A stretch of DNA of 64,000 nucleotides from Cyanophyceae cyanobacterium (GTDB lineage: Bacteria; Cyanobacteriota; Cyanobacteriia; Cyanobacteriales; Laspinemataceae): NCBI GenBank assembly GCA_038321985.1, contig JBBQFN010000005.1, positions 1 to 64,000 of the forward strand. Reading direction: 5' to 3'. Position 1 is the stretch's first letter; each line of letters opens with the position of its first letter. This document shows positions 1 through 9,523 of the stretch, one piece after another. Under the pieces are notes generated by a model. It searched no databases. It worked only from the letters and a program-made list of their open reading frames with translations, and was not told the origin of the DNA. A program made the position numbers and the translations under genes.

Positions 1-343
1 AAATTTTGACAACTTTCGGTTACGTCTTTTAGCAGCTTTTTCATCATAGTCATTATAAATTAGAGAGGTAGCCACTCAAAAACATTTAAACGCTCAGTAA
101 CTAATTAGAAAAACTTATCACCAAAAAGTCTGAAGAGCCCAAAAACTTAGTTATTGTCATAATTATCTAATGCTGTAACCCTATTCTAATTTTTGAAATT
201 TGGCCTTGCTGCCGATAATTCAACTTTCGGAATTAAGAGCTTTTAAAAGGTTAAATTTGTTTTTTTGGTTGAAACTATACCTTTAGTTTTTGAAAAATTA
301 TGTTGTCAGAAATGACTCAAATCAAGATAGGCAAGGACTGACC

Positions 344-379
344 TTGACATATTTTAATCATTATGTTAATATATTAACA
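344..379 (+). promoter_or_regulatory. Sigma70-type promoter with overlapping 16-bp palindrome (putative operator)
   Basis: TTGACA (344-349), 17-nt spacer, TG-n-TAATAT (364-372); perfect palindrome TGTTAATATATTAACA at 364-379; about 50 nt upstream of the 426 ORF. Confidence 0.65.
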
Positions 380-425
380 CTGTAGATTGACCAAAAAATA
401 TTTATTTACCTAGGAATCTGGTCTT

Positions 426-713
426 ATGGCTTACTTGAAATCTTCTAATCTACTAATGGCCTGCCTTCTGGGAACCCAAGCCAGCTTGTTCTTAGTCGCA
501 CCTGCCCAATCAGAAATTACTAATTCTCAGGAGAAGACTTCTGTTCATTCTTTAGTTGAGGTAGAAGTAGTGAACCTGAGCATTAATTCTAGTAAATCTT
601 CGGAAAAACAGATGTTACTAGCTGAAGAAGATGTTGATCGGAACCAAGACCTCAACCAAGACCTTAACCAAGATGTCGATCGCACTCAACCCCCATCCCT
701 TCGTCGGGTATAG
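426..713 (+). CDS. Small protein with signal-peptide-like N-terminus and D/N/Q-rich repeat C-terminus (possible modified-peptide precursor)
   Basis: 95 aa; hydrophobic stretch ending APAQS; tail DVDRNQ-DLNQ-DLNQ-DVDRTQ; AGGA upstream; own promoter and downstream hairpin. Confidence 0.7.
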   Translation: MAYLKSSNLLMACLLGTQASLFLVAPAQSEITNSQEKTSVHSLVEVEVVNLSINSSKSSEKQMLLAEEDVDRNQDLNQDLNQDVDRTQPPSLRRV

Positions 714-744
714 TACCTCTCCCTAAGTGGGAGCATTTCTCATC

Positions 745-812
745 AGAAGAGGAAGAGTCAGGATCTCCCGAGTTCAGCAATTGTCTGTGATGCTTCCTCT
801 TCTTAATTTTAT
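745..812 (+). terminator. Stem-loop followed by T-rich tract after the peptide gene
   Basis: AGAAGAGGAAG (745-755) pairs with CTTCCTCTTCT (793-803), followed by TAATTTTATTTTT. Confidence 0.5.
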
Positions 813-1081
813 TTTTCCTGTGATTTAAACTCGTGACCTAGCTCTAATAGAAAGATTGTCTATATGTCTATATATACAAGTCTTGCTTTGATTCGATGAT
901 GGACTCCCCCAAATCCCCGTAACCAGGCCAATCAGCGGATCATAATTTTGTCATAAAGTTTAATTTCTAGTAGGTGTGAACATTATTAAAGCGTCCTTGC
1001 GCAAGTTAGTTTATAAAATTAACTGCTAAAATTTTACTTCAACCATAAATTCCCTTTTGTCTTGCCCTAGAGCTTAATTTT

Positions 1082-2275
1082 ATGGAAGTTTTAAAGTCTC
1101 TTCTCTATCCTTATCCTCTAGATAAATTTTTTAGAGAAAATTGGATAAAAAAAGCTATTTTTATTCCCGGTAAAAACCTTCATAAGTTTAATCATGTTTT
1201 TGGGTGGAAACAGTTCAATGATTTGTTAAATTACCATAAGATTGAGTATCCAGATTTGCGATTTTCATGGGACGGACAATCTCTACCTGCAACAAGCTCG
1301 ACTCAATGGCTGGAAAGAGTTCACGAAGGAGCTACATTAATTATTGATAGTGTCCATGAACGGGTTCCAGCCCTCAAAACATTAGTCTCGCATATTCGGC
1401 AAGAAACAGGCTATCGAAGTCAAATTAATCTCTATTGTTCACCCCGGGAAGAAAAAGGGTTTAGCTGTCATTATGATAGCCATGAGGTGGTGATTTTACA
1501 AATCGAGGGGGAGAAAGATTGGTTGATTTTTCCCGAAACGATCGCCTCTCCCATTTCTACCATGCGATCGGCCAATCAAATACCGCCAGATGTACCGCCT
1601 TATTTGGAATGTACCCTCAAACCGGGAGATGTTTTGTACATTCCTCGGGGACATTGGCATTATGCGATCGCCTGTAGTAATCCCTCTTTCGAGGATTATT
1701 CCCCCTCCCTGCATTTGACGTTAGGAATTGATTGTCAAACGGGACTAGATTGGATGGATTGGTTAGGGAAACAATTGGAAGATAATCCTGAATGGCGAAC
1801 CAGTTTGCCGGTGATTCCGGAAGGAGATACATCGGCGGTAAAACCGCATCTGGAACAGTTGAGCGATCGCCTCGTTGAGTTGCTGCAAAATCCAGAAACA
1901 ATCACGCGGTACTTAGATTATTTGAGCTATCGCGATCGCCCCTCACTCCCCTTTTCTTTTCCCTACCAACTGGGTAGCCAAATTTTTGACCAAGGATTAG
2001 ACACGCGATTTAGAGCTTCTCCCTTACATCCCGTACAAATTGTATCCCTAGGGGAAAATCAAACACAAGTAATTATTGCGGCTAAGCAAGCTACAATTAA
2101 AGGAATTCCTACTAATTTAATCGAAAAAATCTTTGGTTTTGGAGGATTTAGCCTGCTTGATTTAGCCGACTGGTGTCCTTCCCTTGATGTAGAAACTGAA
2201 GTCATACCCCTGTTAACGCGCTTAGTCACTCAGGGCCTTTTATTGGTAGAGGCTTCTCCCGCCACTGAAAAATGA
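1082..2275 (+). CDS. JmjC/Cupin_4 family 2-oxoglutarate/Fe(II) oxygenase (RoxA/YcfD/NO66-like)
   Basis: NLYCSP..GFSCHYD (HxD), LQIEGEKDW, LKPGDVLYIPRGHWH, SLHLTLG; C-terminal winged-helix-like tail. Confidence 0.88.
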   Translation: MEVLKSLLYPYPLDKFFRENWIKKAIFIPGKNLHKFNHVFGWKQFNDLLNYHKIEYPDLRFSWDGQSLPATSSTQWLERVHEGATLIIDSVHERVPALKTLVSHIRQETGYRSQINLYCSPREEKGFSCHYDSHEVVILQIEGEKDWLIFPETIASPISTMRSANQIPPDVPPYLECTLKPGDVLYIPRGHWHYAIACSNPSFEDYSPSLHLTLGIDCQTGLDWMDWLGKQLEDNPEWRTSLPVIPEGDTSAVKPHLEQLSDRLVELLQNPETITRYLDYLSYRDRPSLPFSFPYQLGSQIFDQGLDTRFRASPLHPVQIVSLGENQTQVIIAAKQATIKGIPTNLIEKIFGFGGFSLLDLADWCPSLDVETEVIPLLTRLVTQGLLLVEASPATEK

Positions 2276-3081
2276 AATTTTCCATCAAGTTCTGCGGCTA
2301 ACCATCCCCCAAATTTTCGTAAAAAAATGATTAATCCAGGACGATTATAAGAAGGATCTATCGCCAATTCTAAGGCTTTTTTCATGGATGTACGGTGTTC
2401 CGGGAAATAAGTAGAGAAACGTTCATAGCAATGATATAAATCCGGAGTATAACTCGGGTCATGTTCCATGACTAATTCCAGTCCCACTCTAATCATCCGG
2501 CGAGTAATCCAAGCACATTGTTTTTTGACTTGAACCGAAAACTGACAAGACTGGGGAGAGAGTTGTTTCAAAATATCTAACGTTTTCCCTAAATCCCTGT
2601 TCCAAGTATAACTATAACTAATTAAGTCAAGCCCCGGCTTCGTTTTGTGCAAAGATAACGGAAGATGAGGTCCCGCAATTTTTAGACTTTGAGTTTGAAT
2701 GATCACCGGCCAAATCGAATGATTATTTTGGGTTAAAGTTTCGTCAAACAGGATTAACTCTACTTTTTTACAAAACAGATAACGTCTTTTCAGCGCCTCG
2801 GAAATTTTTTGAGCCTGATTGATATCTTCGGAGGTAATTTTCCCGGCTAAAATTGCAAAACTATCTAAGTCAGAAACCTTCAAAATTGCCAATCCCCGAG
2901 GGACCGAACCCCGTAGATAAAGCCCTTGTAAACGAAAGTCCCAAACCCCCAAACAAGTTTTGCGAAGTTCTTCAACTAAAGTAATCCAAGGGGGTAAAAT
3001 TTTATCCCAATGACAATCATTCAGAATAAATCCGTCTTCATCCGTGGGCAAAAAGTGACCCCAAGGCAAAATTTTAGTCAT
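2230..3081 (-). CDS. Nucleotidyltransferase (Pol-beta superfamily) domain protein
   Basis: LYLRGSVPRG...SDLD motif; ATG at 3081 preferred over TTG at 3117; 3' end overlaps the JmjC gene by 46 nt. Confidence 0.75.
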   Translation of the reverse strand: MTKILPWGHFLPTDEDGFILNDCHWDKILPPWITLVEELRKTCLGVWDFRLQGLYLRGSVPRGLAILKVSDLDSFAILAGKITSEDINQAQKISEALKRRYLFCKKVELILFDETLTQNNHSIWPVIIQTQSLKIAGPHLPLSLHKTKPGLDLISYSYTWNRDLGKTLDILKQLSPQSCQFSVQVKKQCAWITRRMIRVGLELVMEHDPSYTPDLYHCYERFSTYFPEHRTSMKKALELAIDPSYNRPGLIIFLRKFGGWLAAELDGKFHFSVAGEASTNKRP

Positions 3082-3678
3082 TGCTGCTGTCTTTGAGAGG
3101 AAAAAGGACTTTGACAACCGGAGTTGGGACCCGATATCCCGCCCCTACCTTGGCAAGGGGCGTGAAGGGACCGGGAGTTGACAACCCGAGGGGGGAAGAG
3201 ATCGCCGTGATCCAAGAAGGAAACGATCGCTGGCAATCTTAGAAAATCAAAACTTTGCCCAATCCGAAAGCGGTGGCACGAAAAGGAAGAGTTTTGCTAT
3301 GCTTAAGGTCAAAGTACCAAAGGGATGGCGGGAATTGACCCAAAGCCAACTGGCTTCGGCCTTCAAATCCTCCTTCCAATCCCCTTCCGAATCCCCTTCA
3401 ATCTCAGGAGTCGAGAGTTAACGATTGCGATACCCAAACGCACATCATAACTCAAAACTCGTGACTAGGGCAAATCCTCTAGGACATAGAGATTAAAGGG
3501 TTCAGAGATGGTGGAATGCTTCTGAAGGTGCTTAAAACCCGTAACTGTAGGGAAATTACTAGCGACCTGAGCCACTGATAAAGAATACTCTTAAGGGGTG
3601 AGGTGCTTGTCCTATTTTCTCAGTCAAGGTAGAAAGCAGGTTCTTACGCGCCAAATGTGTCGGTAAAGGGATTAAGCC

Positions 3679-6147
3679 ATGTTTGAACGCTTCACAGAAA
3701 AAGCTATTAAAGTGATTATGCTGGCCCAGGAGGAAGCACGCCGCCTGGGACATAACTTCGTGGGTACCGAACAGATCCTCTTGGGTCTCATCGGAGAAGG
3801 TACCGGCGTAGCAGCAAAAGTGCTCAAGTCAATGGGGGTTAATCTCAAAGATGCTCGCATTGAGGTCGAAAAAATTATTGGTCGCGGTTCCGGCTTTGTG
3901 GCAGTGGAAATTCCGTTCACGCCTAGAGCCAAGCGCGTTCTGGAGCTTTCTCTAGAAGAAGCGCGACAACTGGGCCATAACTACATCGGCACCGAACACC
4001 TGCTACTGGGATTGATTCGCGAAGGCGAGGGAGTGGCAGCTAGGGTCCTGGAAAACCTCGGGGTTGACCTCTCGAAAGTCCGGACTCAAGTGATTAGAAT
4101 GCTCGGAGAAACCGCTGAGGTGACCTCGGGAGCTAGCAACGCTCGCACCAAGACCCCAACTCTCGATGAATTTGGGGCTAACTTGACCCAAATGGCGGCG
4201 GAAGGGAAGTTGGATCCGGTGGTGGGGCGTCAAAAAGAAATTGAACGGGTGATCCAGATTTTGGGTCGCCGGACTAAAAATAACCCGGTCCTGATTGGGG
4301 AACCCGGGGTGGGTAAAACCGCGATCGCCGAAGGGTTGGCCCAACGGATTGCCAACAACGATGTACCAGATATCCTGGAAGAAAAGCGGGTCGTCACCTT
4401 AGATATTGGGTTACTGGTTGCCGGAACCAAATATCGGGGTGAATTTGAAGAACGCCTTAAGAAAATTATGGATGAAATCCGCTCGGCGCGGAACGTCATC
4501 CTGGTGATTGATGAAGTCCACACCCTAATTGGGGCGGGTGCAGCTGAAGGGGCGATCGACGCCGCTAATATCCTGAAACCGGCCTTAGCCCGAGGTGAAT
4601 TGCAGTGCATCGGGGCGACCACCCTGGATGAGTATCGCAAGCACATCGAGCGGGATGCAGCCCTAGAACGCCGGTTCCAGCCGGTGATGGTGGGTGAACC
4701 CACGGTGGATGAAACCATTGAAATTCTCTTTGGTTTGCGCGAGCGCTACGAGCAACACCACAAACTGAAAATCTCCGATGAAGCCCTCGACGCTGCCGCC
4801 AAGCTGTCCGATCGCTACATCAGCGATCGCTTCTTACCGGATAAAGCGATCGACCTTGTAGATGAAGCCGGTTCTCGGGTGCGTTTAATTAACTCCCAAC
4901 TGCCCCCGGCGGCTAAAGAACTGGATAAAGAACTGCGGCAAGTGCTCAAAGAAAAAGACGACGCCGTGCGTTCTCAGGACTTTGACCGCGCCGGAGAATT
5001 GCGCGATCGCGAAATGGAAATCAAAGCCGAAATCCGGGCGATCGCCAGCACCAAAAAAACCGGCGTCAGCGACACCGAACTCTCCCCCGTCGTCACCGAA
5101 GAAGACATCGCCCAAATCGTGGCAAGTTGGACCGGCGTTCCGGTGAACAAACTCACCGAATCTGAATCCGAGAAACTGATGCACATGGAAGACACCCTGC
5201 ATCAGCGTCTGATCGGTCAAGAAGAAGCCGTTAAAGCCGTCTCCCGCGCCATTCGTCGCGCCCGCGTCGGCTTGAAAAACCCCAATCGCCCGATCGCCAG
5301 CTTTATCTTCTCCGGTCCTACCGGCGTGGGTAAAACCGAACTGACCAAAGCCCTCGCGTCCTACTTCTTCGGTTCAGAAGACGCCATGATTCGCTTGGAT
5401 ATGTCCGAGTACATGGAACGCCACACCGTTTCCAAGCTAATCGGGTCTCCTCCGGGTTATGTCGGGTATAACGAAGGCGGACAACTTACCGAAGCCGTTC
5501 GCCGTCGTCCCTACACCGTGGTCCTATTCGATGAAATCGAAAAAGCCCACCCCGACGTCTTCAATATGCTCCTGCAAATCCTAGAAGACGGACGCCTCAC
5601 CGACGCCAAAGGTCGCACGGTAGACTTCAAAAATACCTTGCTGATCATGACCTCTAATATTGGGTCTAAGGTCATTGAAAAAGGTGGCGGTGGACTTGGA
5701 TTTGAATTTTCTGAAAACCAAGCCGACGCGCAGTACAACCGCATTCGTAGCTTGGTCAACGAAGAACTCAAAAACTACTTCCGTCCCGAGTTCCTCAACC
5801 GTCTGGATGAAATTATCGTCTTCCGTCAGTTGATCAAGGACGAAGTGAAGTTAATCTCGGAAATCATGCTGAAAGAAGTCTTCAGCCGCTTGACCGAGAA
5901 AGGAATTACCTTACAAGTCACCGATCGCTTTAAAGAACGATTGATTGAAGAAGGGTATAACCCAGCTTATGGTGCAAGACCCCTGCGCCGTGCCATCATG
6001 CGTCTGTTAGAAGATGTCTTAGCTGAGGAAATCCTCTCCGGTCGTGTTAAAGAAGGCGAGACTGCCATTGTGGACATTGGAGAGGAAGGTCAAGTGATCG
6101 TCCGACCTGGTGAACAGCGTGAACTGCTGCCACAAACGGCTGAATAG
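3679..6147 (+). CDS. clpC: ATP-dependent Clp protease ATP-binding subunit ClpC
   Basis: [33 protein letters not shown]-terminus; Walker A motifs GEPGVGKT and [11 protein letters not shown] segment; 822 aa. Confidence 0.98.
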   Translation: MFERFTEKAIKVIMLAQEEARRLGHNFVGTEQILLGLIGEGTGVAAKVLKSMGVNLKDARIEVEKIIGRGSGFVAVEIPFTPRAKRVLELSLEEARQLGHNYIGTEHLLLGLIREGEGVAARVLENLGVDLSKVRTQVIRMLGETAEVTSGASNARTKTPTLDEFGANLTQMAAEGKLDPVVGRQKEIERVIQILGRRTKNNPVLIGEPGVGKTAIAEGLAQRIANNDVPDILEEKRVVTLDIGLLVAGTKYRGEFEERLKKIMDEIRSARNVILVIDEVHTLIGAGAAEGAIDAANILKPALARGELQCIGATTLDEYRKHIERDAALERRFQPVMVGEPTVDETIEILFGLRERYEQHHKLKISDEALDAAAKLSDRYISDRFLPDKAIDLVDEAGSRVRLINSQLPPAAKELDKELRQVLKEKDDAVRSQDFDRAGELRDREMEIKAEIRAIASTKKTGVSDTELSPVVTEEDIAQIVASWTGVPVNKLTESESEKLMHMEDTLHQRLIGQEEAVKAVSRAIRRARVGLKNPNRPIASFIFSGPTGVGKTELTKALASYFFGSEDAMIRLDMSEYMERHTVSKLIGSPPGYVGYNEGGQLTEAVRRRPYTVVLFDEIEKAHPDVFNMLLQILEDGRLTDAKGRTVDFKNTLLIMTSNIGSKVIEKGGGGLGFEFSENQADAQYNRIRSLVNEELKNYFRPEFLNRLDEIIVFRQLIKDEVKLISEIMLKEVFSRLTEKGITLQVTDRFKERLIEEGYNPAYGARPLRRAIMRLLEDVLAEEILSGRVKEGETAIVDIGEEGQVIVRPGEQRELLPQTAE

Positions 6148-6220
6148 AAGGAATAGATCGGGTGGCAGTCGCCTCAATCGTGGGTTAAGTGACTGCGTCT
6201 AATTCCCCCTTAGAGTATTA

Positions 6221-6258
6221 AAAAAGACGGTAGAGGATTTAATTCTCTACCGTTTTTA
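6221..6258. terminator. Bidirectional intrinsic terminator between convergent clpC and CPP1-like genes
   Basis: A-tract, ACGGTAGAG / CTCTACCGT stem, T-tract. Confidence 0.8.
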
Positions 6259-6281
6259 TTTCCCTATTTATGCCGAGTAGA

Positions 6282-6890
6282 TTAGCGTAAAAAACTACTA
6301 ACCAACCACAGCACAAAAAAGGTAAAACTAGCCGCTAAACCATCTGCTGGGAATAGCACTCCTAAACTTGTCAACCAAGTGCCTAATGGCGCACCCACCA
6401 GTAACCCCCCCAGTAAAGCGAGGATTGTGATTACCACAGCTCGACCGAATTTTTTTTCTTTACGATTGAGAAAATAAAGACCAATTCCCACCCCTATCGC
6501 TAAGGCTAAGGGTGCAGAAGTTGGTTGCAACAAACTCAGAAGGCTCAATGCAAAAAAACCTCCACCAGGCCAGACAATATCCGACCGAGAGGGAGTATCT
6601 AACAGACCTTGTAACCAGGCTGGAGCCTCTTTTGTCGGAGTTGGGGGTGCAGCAGGCATCGTGCGGACTTCCCGTTCAGCAAAGCGAATCCGTTCCGGGA
6701 CCTTAATTTTGCCCTCTTGACGCTGCCGCAGACGCTGCATCAGAATTTCATCATAGGCCGATTCAATCAGATCGACTTGTTGGCGATCGCCACTATGCAG
6801 TTCGCTCATGCGAGTGCGGGCTTCTTGGATTTCCTCAAACGAAGCGTTTTCTGAGACTCCTAACTGTTCGTAGCAACTTAATTCGCTCAT
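6282..6890 (-). CDS. CPP1-like (DUF3353) J-like membrane protein
   Basis: YEQLGVSENASFEEIQEAR...IESAYDEILMQRLRQRQEGKIKVPERIRFAE followed by three hydrophobic helices; ATG at 6890. Confidence 0.85.
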   Translation of the reverse strand: MSELSCYEQLGVSENASFEEIQEARTRMSELHSGDRQQVDLIESAYDEILMQRLRQRQEGKIKVPERIRFAEREVRTMPAAPPTPTKEAPAWLQGLLDTPSRSDIVWPGGGFFALSLLSLLQPTSAPLALAIGVGIGLYFLNRKEKKFGRAVVITILALLGGLLVGAPLGTWLTSLGVLFPADGLAASFTFFVLWLVSSFLR

Positions 6891-7468
6891 CGGATTTTCT
6901 TCCACCTCTTATTTTAAACTACCATTGACACTCACCCATCCACAAGTCCTTATTTTTCCCACCCCGGACCAGGGTCAATCTACTTAAAATCAAGACTTGT
7001 AGACCCAATCATTATATTTTTTTCCGAAGTTGCGCGGCAAAATCGGGGATCAACCGGGGAGTATGCTGGAGTCCCGCTGTAAAATCGAGCCATCATCGAA
7101 AAATTAGCGTTCCCTTGGACTAATTACTAGAATAACCCGACTACTTTCCCATCGTCCCGAGGCGATCGCTTGCATTCGGTTAAACAATAACCGAAGAGTG
7201 TCTCAACTCTAACCCAAACCCTCAGATATTGGACGTTCTTCTTTAGTTTATCTTGCCGACCTCGGGCGGGGGACATTTCTTCCTTCCCGAGGCTGAGATA
7301 GGGGATCCGCGATCGCCAAGGCGTTATGCCTGCTTAAACCCCGTTCATGGACAGCACTCCCCATTTAAGGGGCCATAATACCCCCAACCCTGCGCTTTTC
7401 CTCCCTCAAAAAAAATTCCCCCCCTCGTCCCTGTTCAACTTAATAATACCCATCTGGTGAGTTCAACT

Positions 7469-8227
7469 ATGAATCAATCCTATCCGCAAGCATTCATCAT
7501 CGGTGCCAGTCAGGGAATCGGACTCGGGTTTGTCAAAAAATGCTTAGAAATCCCCGATATTGCTACCATTTTTGCGACTTATCGCCATCCCGATTCTGCC
7601 GTAGAATTATTAACCCTGAGTACCCAATATCCTCATCGGTTAATTTGCCTATCAATGGACTTAACAGAAGAAGCGCAAATACAAGAAGCGATCGCTCGAA
7701 TTAAGCATCACACCGACTCTCTAAATTTCGTCATTAACTGTGTCGGAATTTTGCATGATTCCACCTTCCAACCAGAAAAAAGTTTGCAGCAAATTAACCC
7801 AGAAAACTTAATGCGTTACTTTCAAGTCAATAGCATCGGTCCCGTCTTATTAGCCAAACATTTACTCCCCCTGTTCCAACATAATCAGCGCAGTATTTTT
7901 GCCACAATTTCTGCAAAAGTGGGCAGTATTGAGGACAATAAACTCGGCGGTTGGTATGGATATCGCGCCTCAAAAGCCGCCTTAAATATGCTGATGAAAA
8001 CCGTTGCCGTTGAATATCCCCGCAAAGGCGCAAAAACAATCGTCGTCACCCTCCATCCCGGCACCACCGACACCCGCTTATCCAAACCCTTCCAGGGCAA
8101 CGTTCCCCCAGAAAAATTATTTTCCATACAAAAGACCGTTTCTCAACTTTGGACCGTTCTAGAGAATTTAAAAGAAACCGATACAGGGGAGTTTTTCTCC
8201 TGGGATGGAACGCGCTTGCCTTGGTAA
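7469..8227 (+). CDS. SDR family oxidoreductase (CsgA/C-factor-like)
   Basis: GASQGIG, INCVG, SAKVGSIEDNKLGGWYGYRASKAALN (YxxxK), LHPGTTDT. Confidence 0.92.
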   Translation: MNQSYPQAFIIGASQGIGLGFVKKCLEIPDIATIFATYRHPDSAVELLTLSTQYPHRLICLSMDLTEEAQIQEAIARIKHHTDSLNFVINCVGILHDSTFQPEKSLQQINPENLMRYFQVNSIGPVLLAKHLLPLFQHNQRSIFATISAKVGSIEDNKLGGWYGYRASKAALNMLMKTVAVEYPRKGAKTIVVTLHPGTTDTRLSKPFQGNVPPEKLFSIQKTVSQLWTVLENLKETDTGEFFSWDGTRLPW

Positions 8228-9523
8228 ATTTAGAGACCTGGGATGGTCCCTCTCAAAACTATCCTTGCCCTAAGTCTGGGGGAATTAGTCCGTTGGCGAG
8301 TGATATCAACGGGCATTGATACCCTAGGTTGAGCAATAGGGAGAGCCTTTGGATATTTTCCTTTCCCTTATTCCCCTAACTGTATCAGGGAAAGCTCCGT
8401 CCTGTTATGGCCTTGCCTTGCTAGGGCTTCAAACCGCTACTGTTCCGATAGCCTAGAGTGGGGAGGTTGTTACCCCGGAGGACAGTCTGAGTGGGTCGGT
8501 CTTAGTCCGGTGGGACGTTTTGCATCTCGTTGTTATTCTGTGGTTTAAAAATAATGGAGTGAGTTAGAGGGGGCATTCGGTCAGAAGATTTGGATCCTGA
8601 AATCGCACTGCATCAGACAGCAGTCGAATCCAGCTAGGGCAGAAGGGAAAATCTGATGGGAACCAAACAGAAATTAGATCGTCCTCCCTCTAAACCGAAT
8701 TCTAATATAACTAGAATTATTAAAAAGGTGGCTGTACTGGTTGACGGACAGCGGGTTTCATCCTGCTCATTATTAACCCCCTTCTTCCCGGAAAACATAG
8801 CGATCGCCCATACCCAGAGATCACCCAAACCGAAGCAGACCCGGAAGATAGGCCTCCGAAACTTATTCCACGGGGTAAGCCACTTTTTAGAATAGGGGTG
8901 ATTTGCAAACGGCGGTAACGGTTTGGTTACATACATTAACTATAAAATAAATAAAAAGTATTGTGGATAACTTTACGAACTCCCTAAAAGGTGCTAAGCT
9001 CAAAAAGATTAATTGAGAAAATCCTATTTCAAATGTTCTCTCCTTGTTTACGTGAGGAAACTGGGTAGATGCCAGCCCTGTAACTTTATCTTTACGGAAA
9101 AATATCAAGCTATCGAAAGCCAACCCTAGGGTAAGGGCTATATTGTTTTGCGCTGCCATCTGAAGCTAGGGCAAAATTTTTAGCAAGCGATAGTTTTTGC
9201 AGGGAATTGAACCGCTCAAAAATTGGGTTCAATAGTCAGAAGTTATACAGAAGTCAAACATTACGCAAACGCGATCGCTAACTTCTAGAGACGATAATGG
9301 TAAGCAAGTCAACATTGAGTGGTTTTTGAACATCCGCCCTAACTATCAACCCCCCTAAATCAGCTATCAGTCGTGCAACAGGATGTATTTTTTTAATACA
9401 AAGAGTGAGAAATGTAGTACATCTTCCCACTCTCCCCTAGTGGCAACTGCGAGAACCTTCGCGGGTGTCCTCCTTCTCCCTCTACATAAATCGCGAGGGT
9501 TTCCACACTATTCGGAGATTTGC

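Noticed and set aside
3360..3404. AATCCCCTTC-like short tandem repeats upstream of clpC
   Set aside because: Degenerate low-copy repeats of a type common in filamentous cyanobacteria; no specific function supportable
3559..5771. Antisense ORFs across clpC
   Set aside because: Shadow frames of a highly conserved gene; no motifs
8634..9159. Four short ORFs upstream of the glycan cluster
   Set aside because: Mutually overlapping, no recognisable motifs or clear RBS
9385..9399. NtcA box upstream of the first glycosyltransferase
   Set aside because: Spacing is GTA-N9-TAC, not N8
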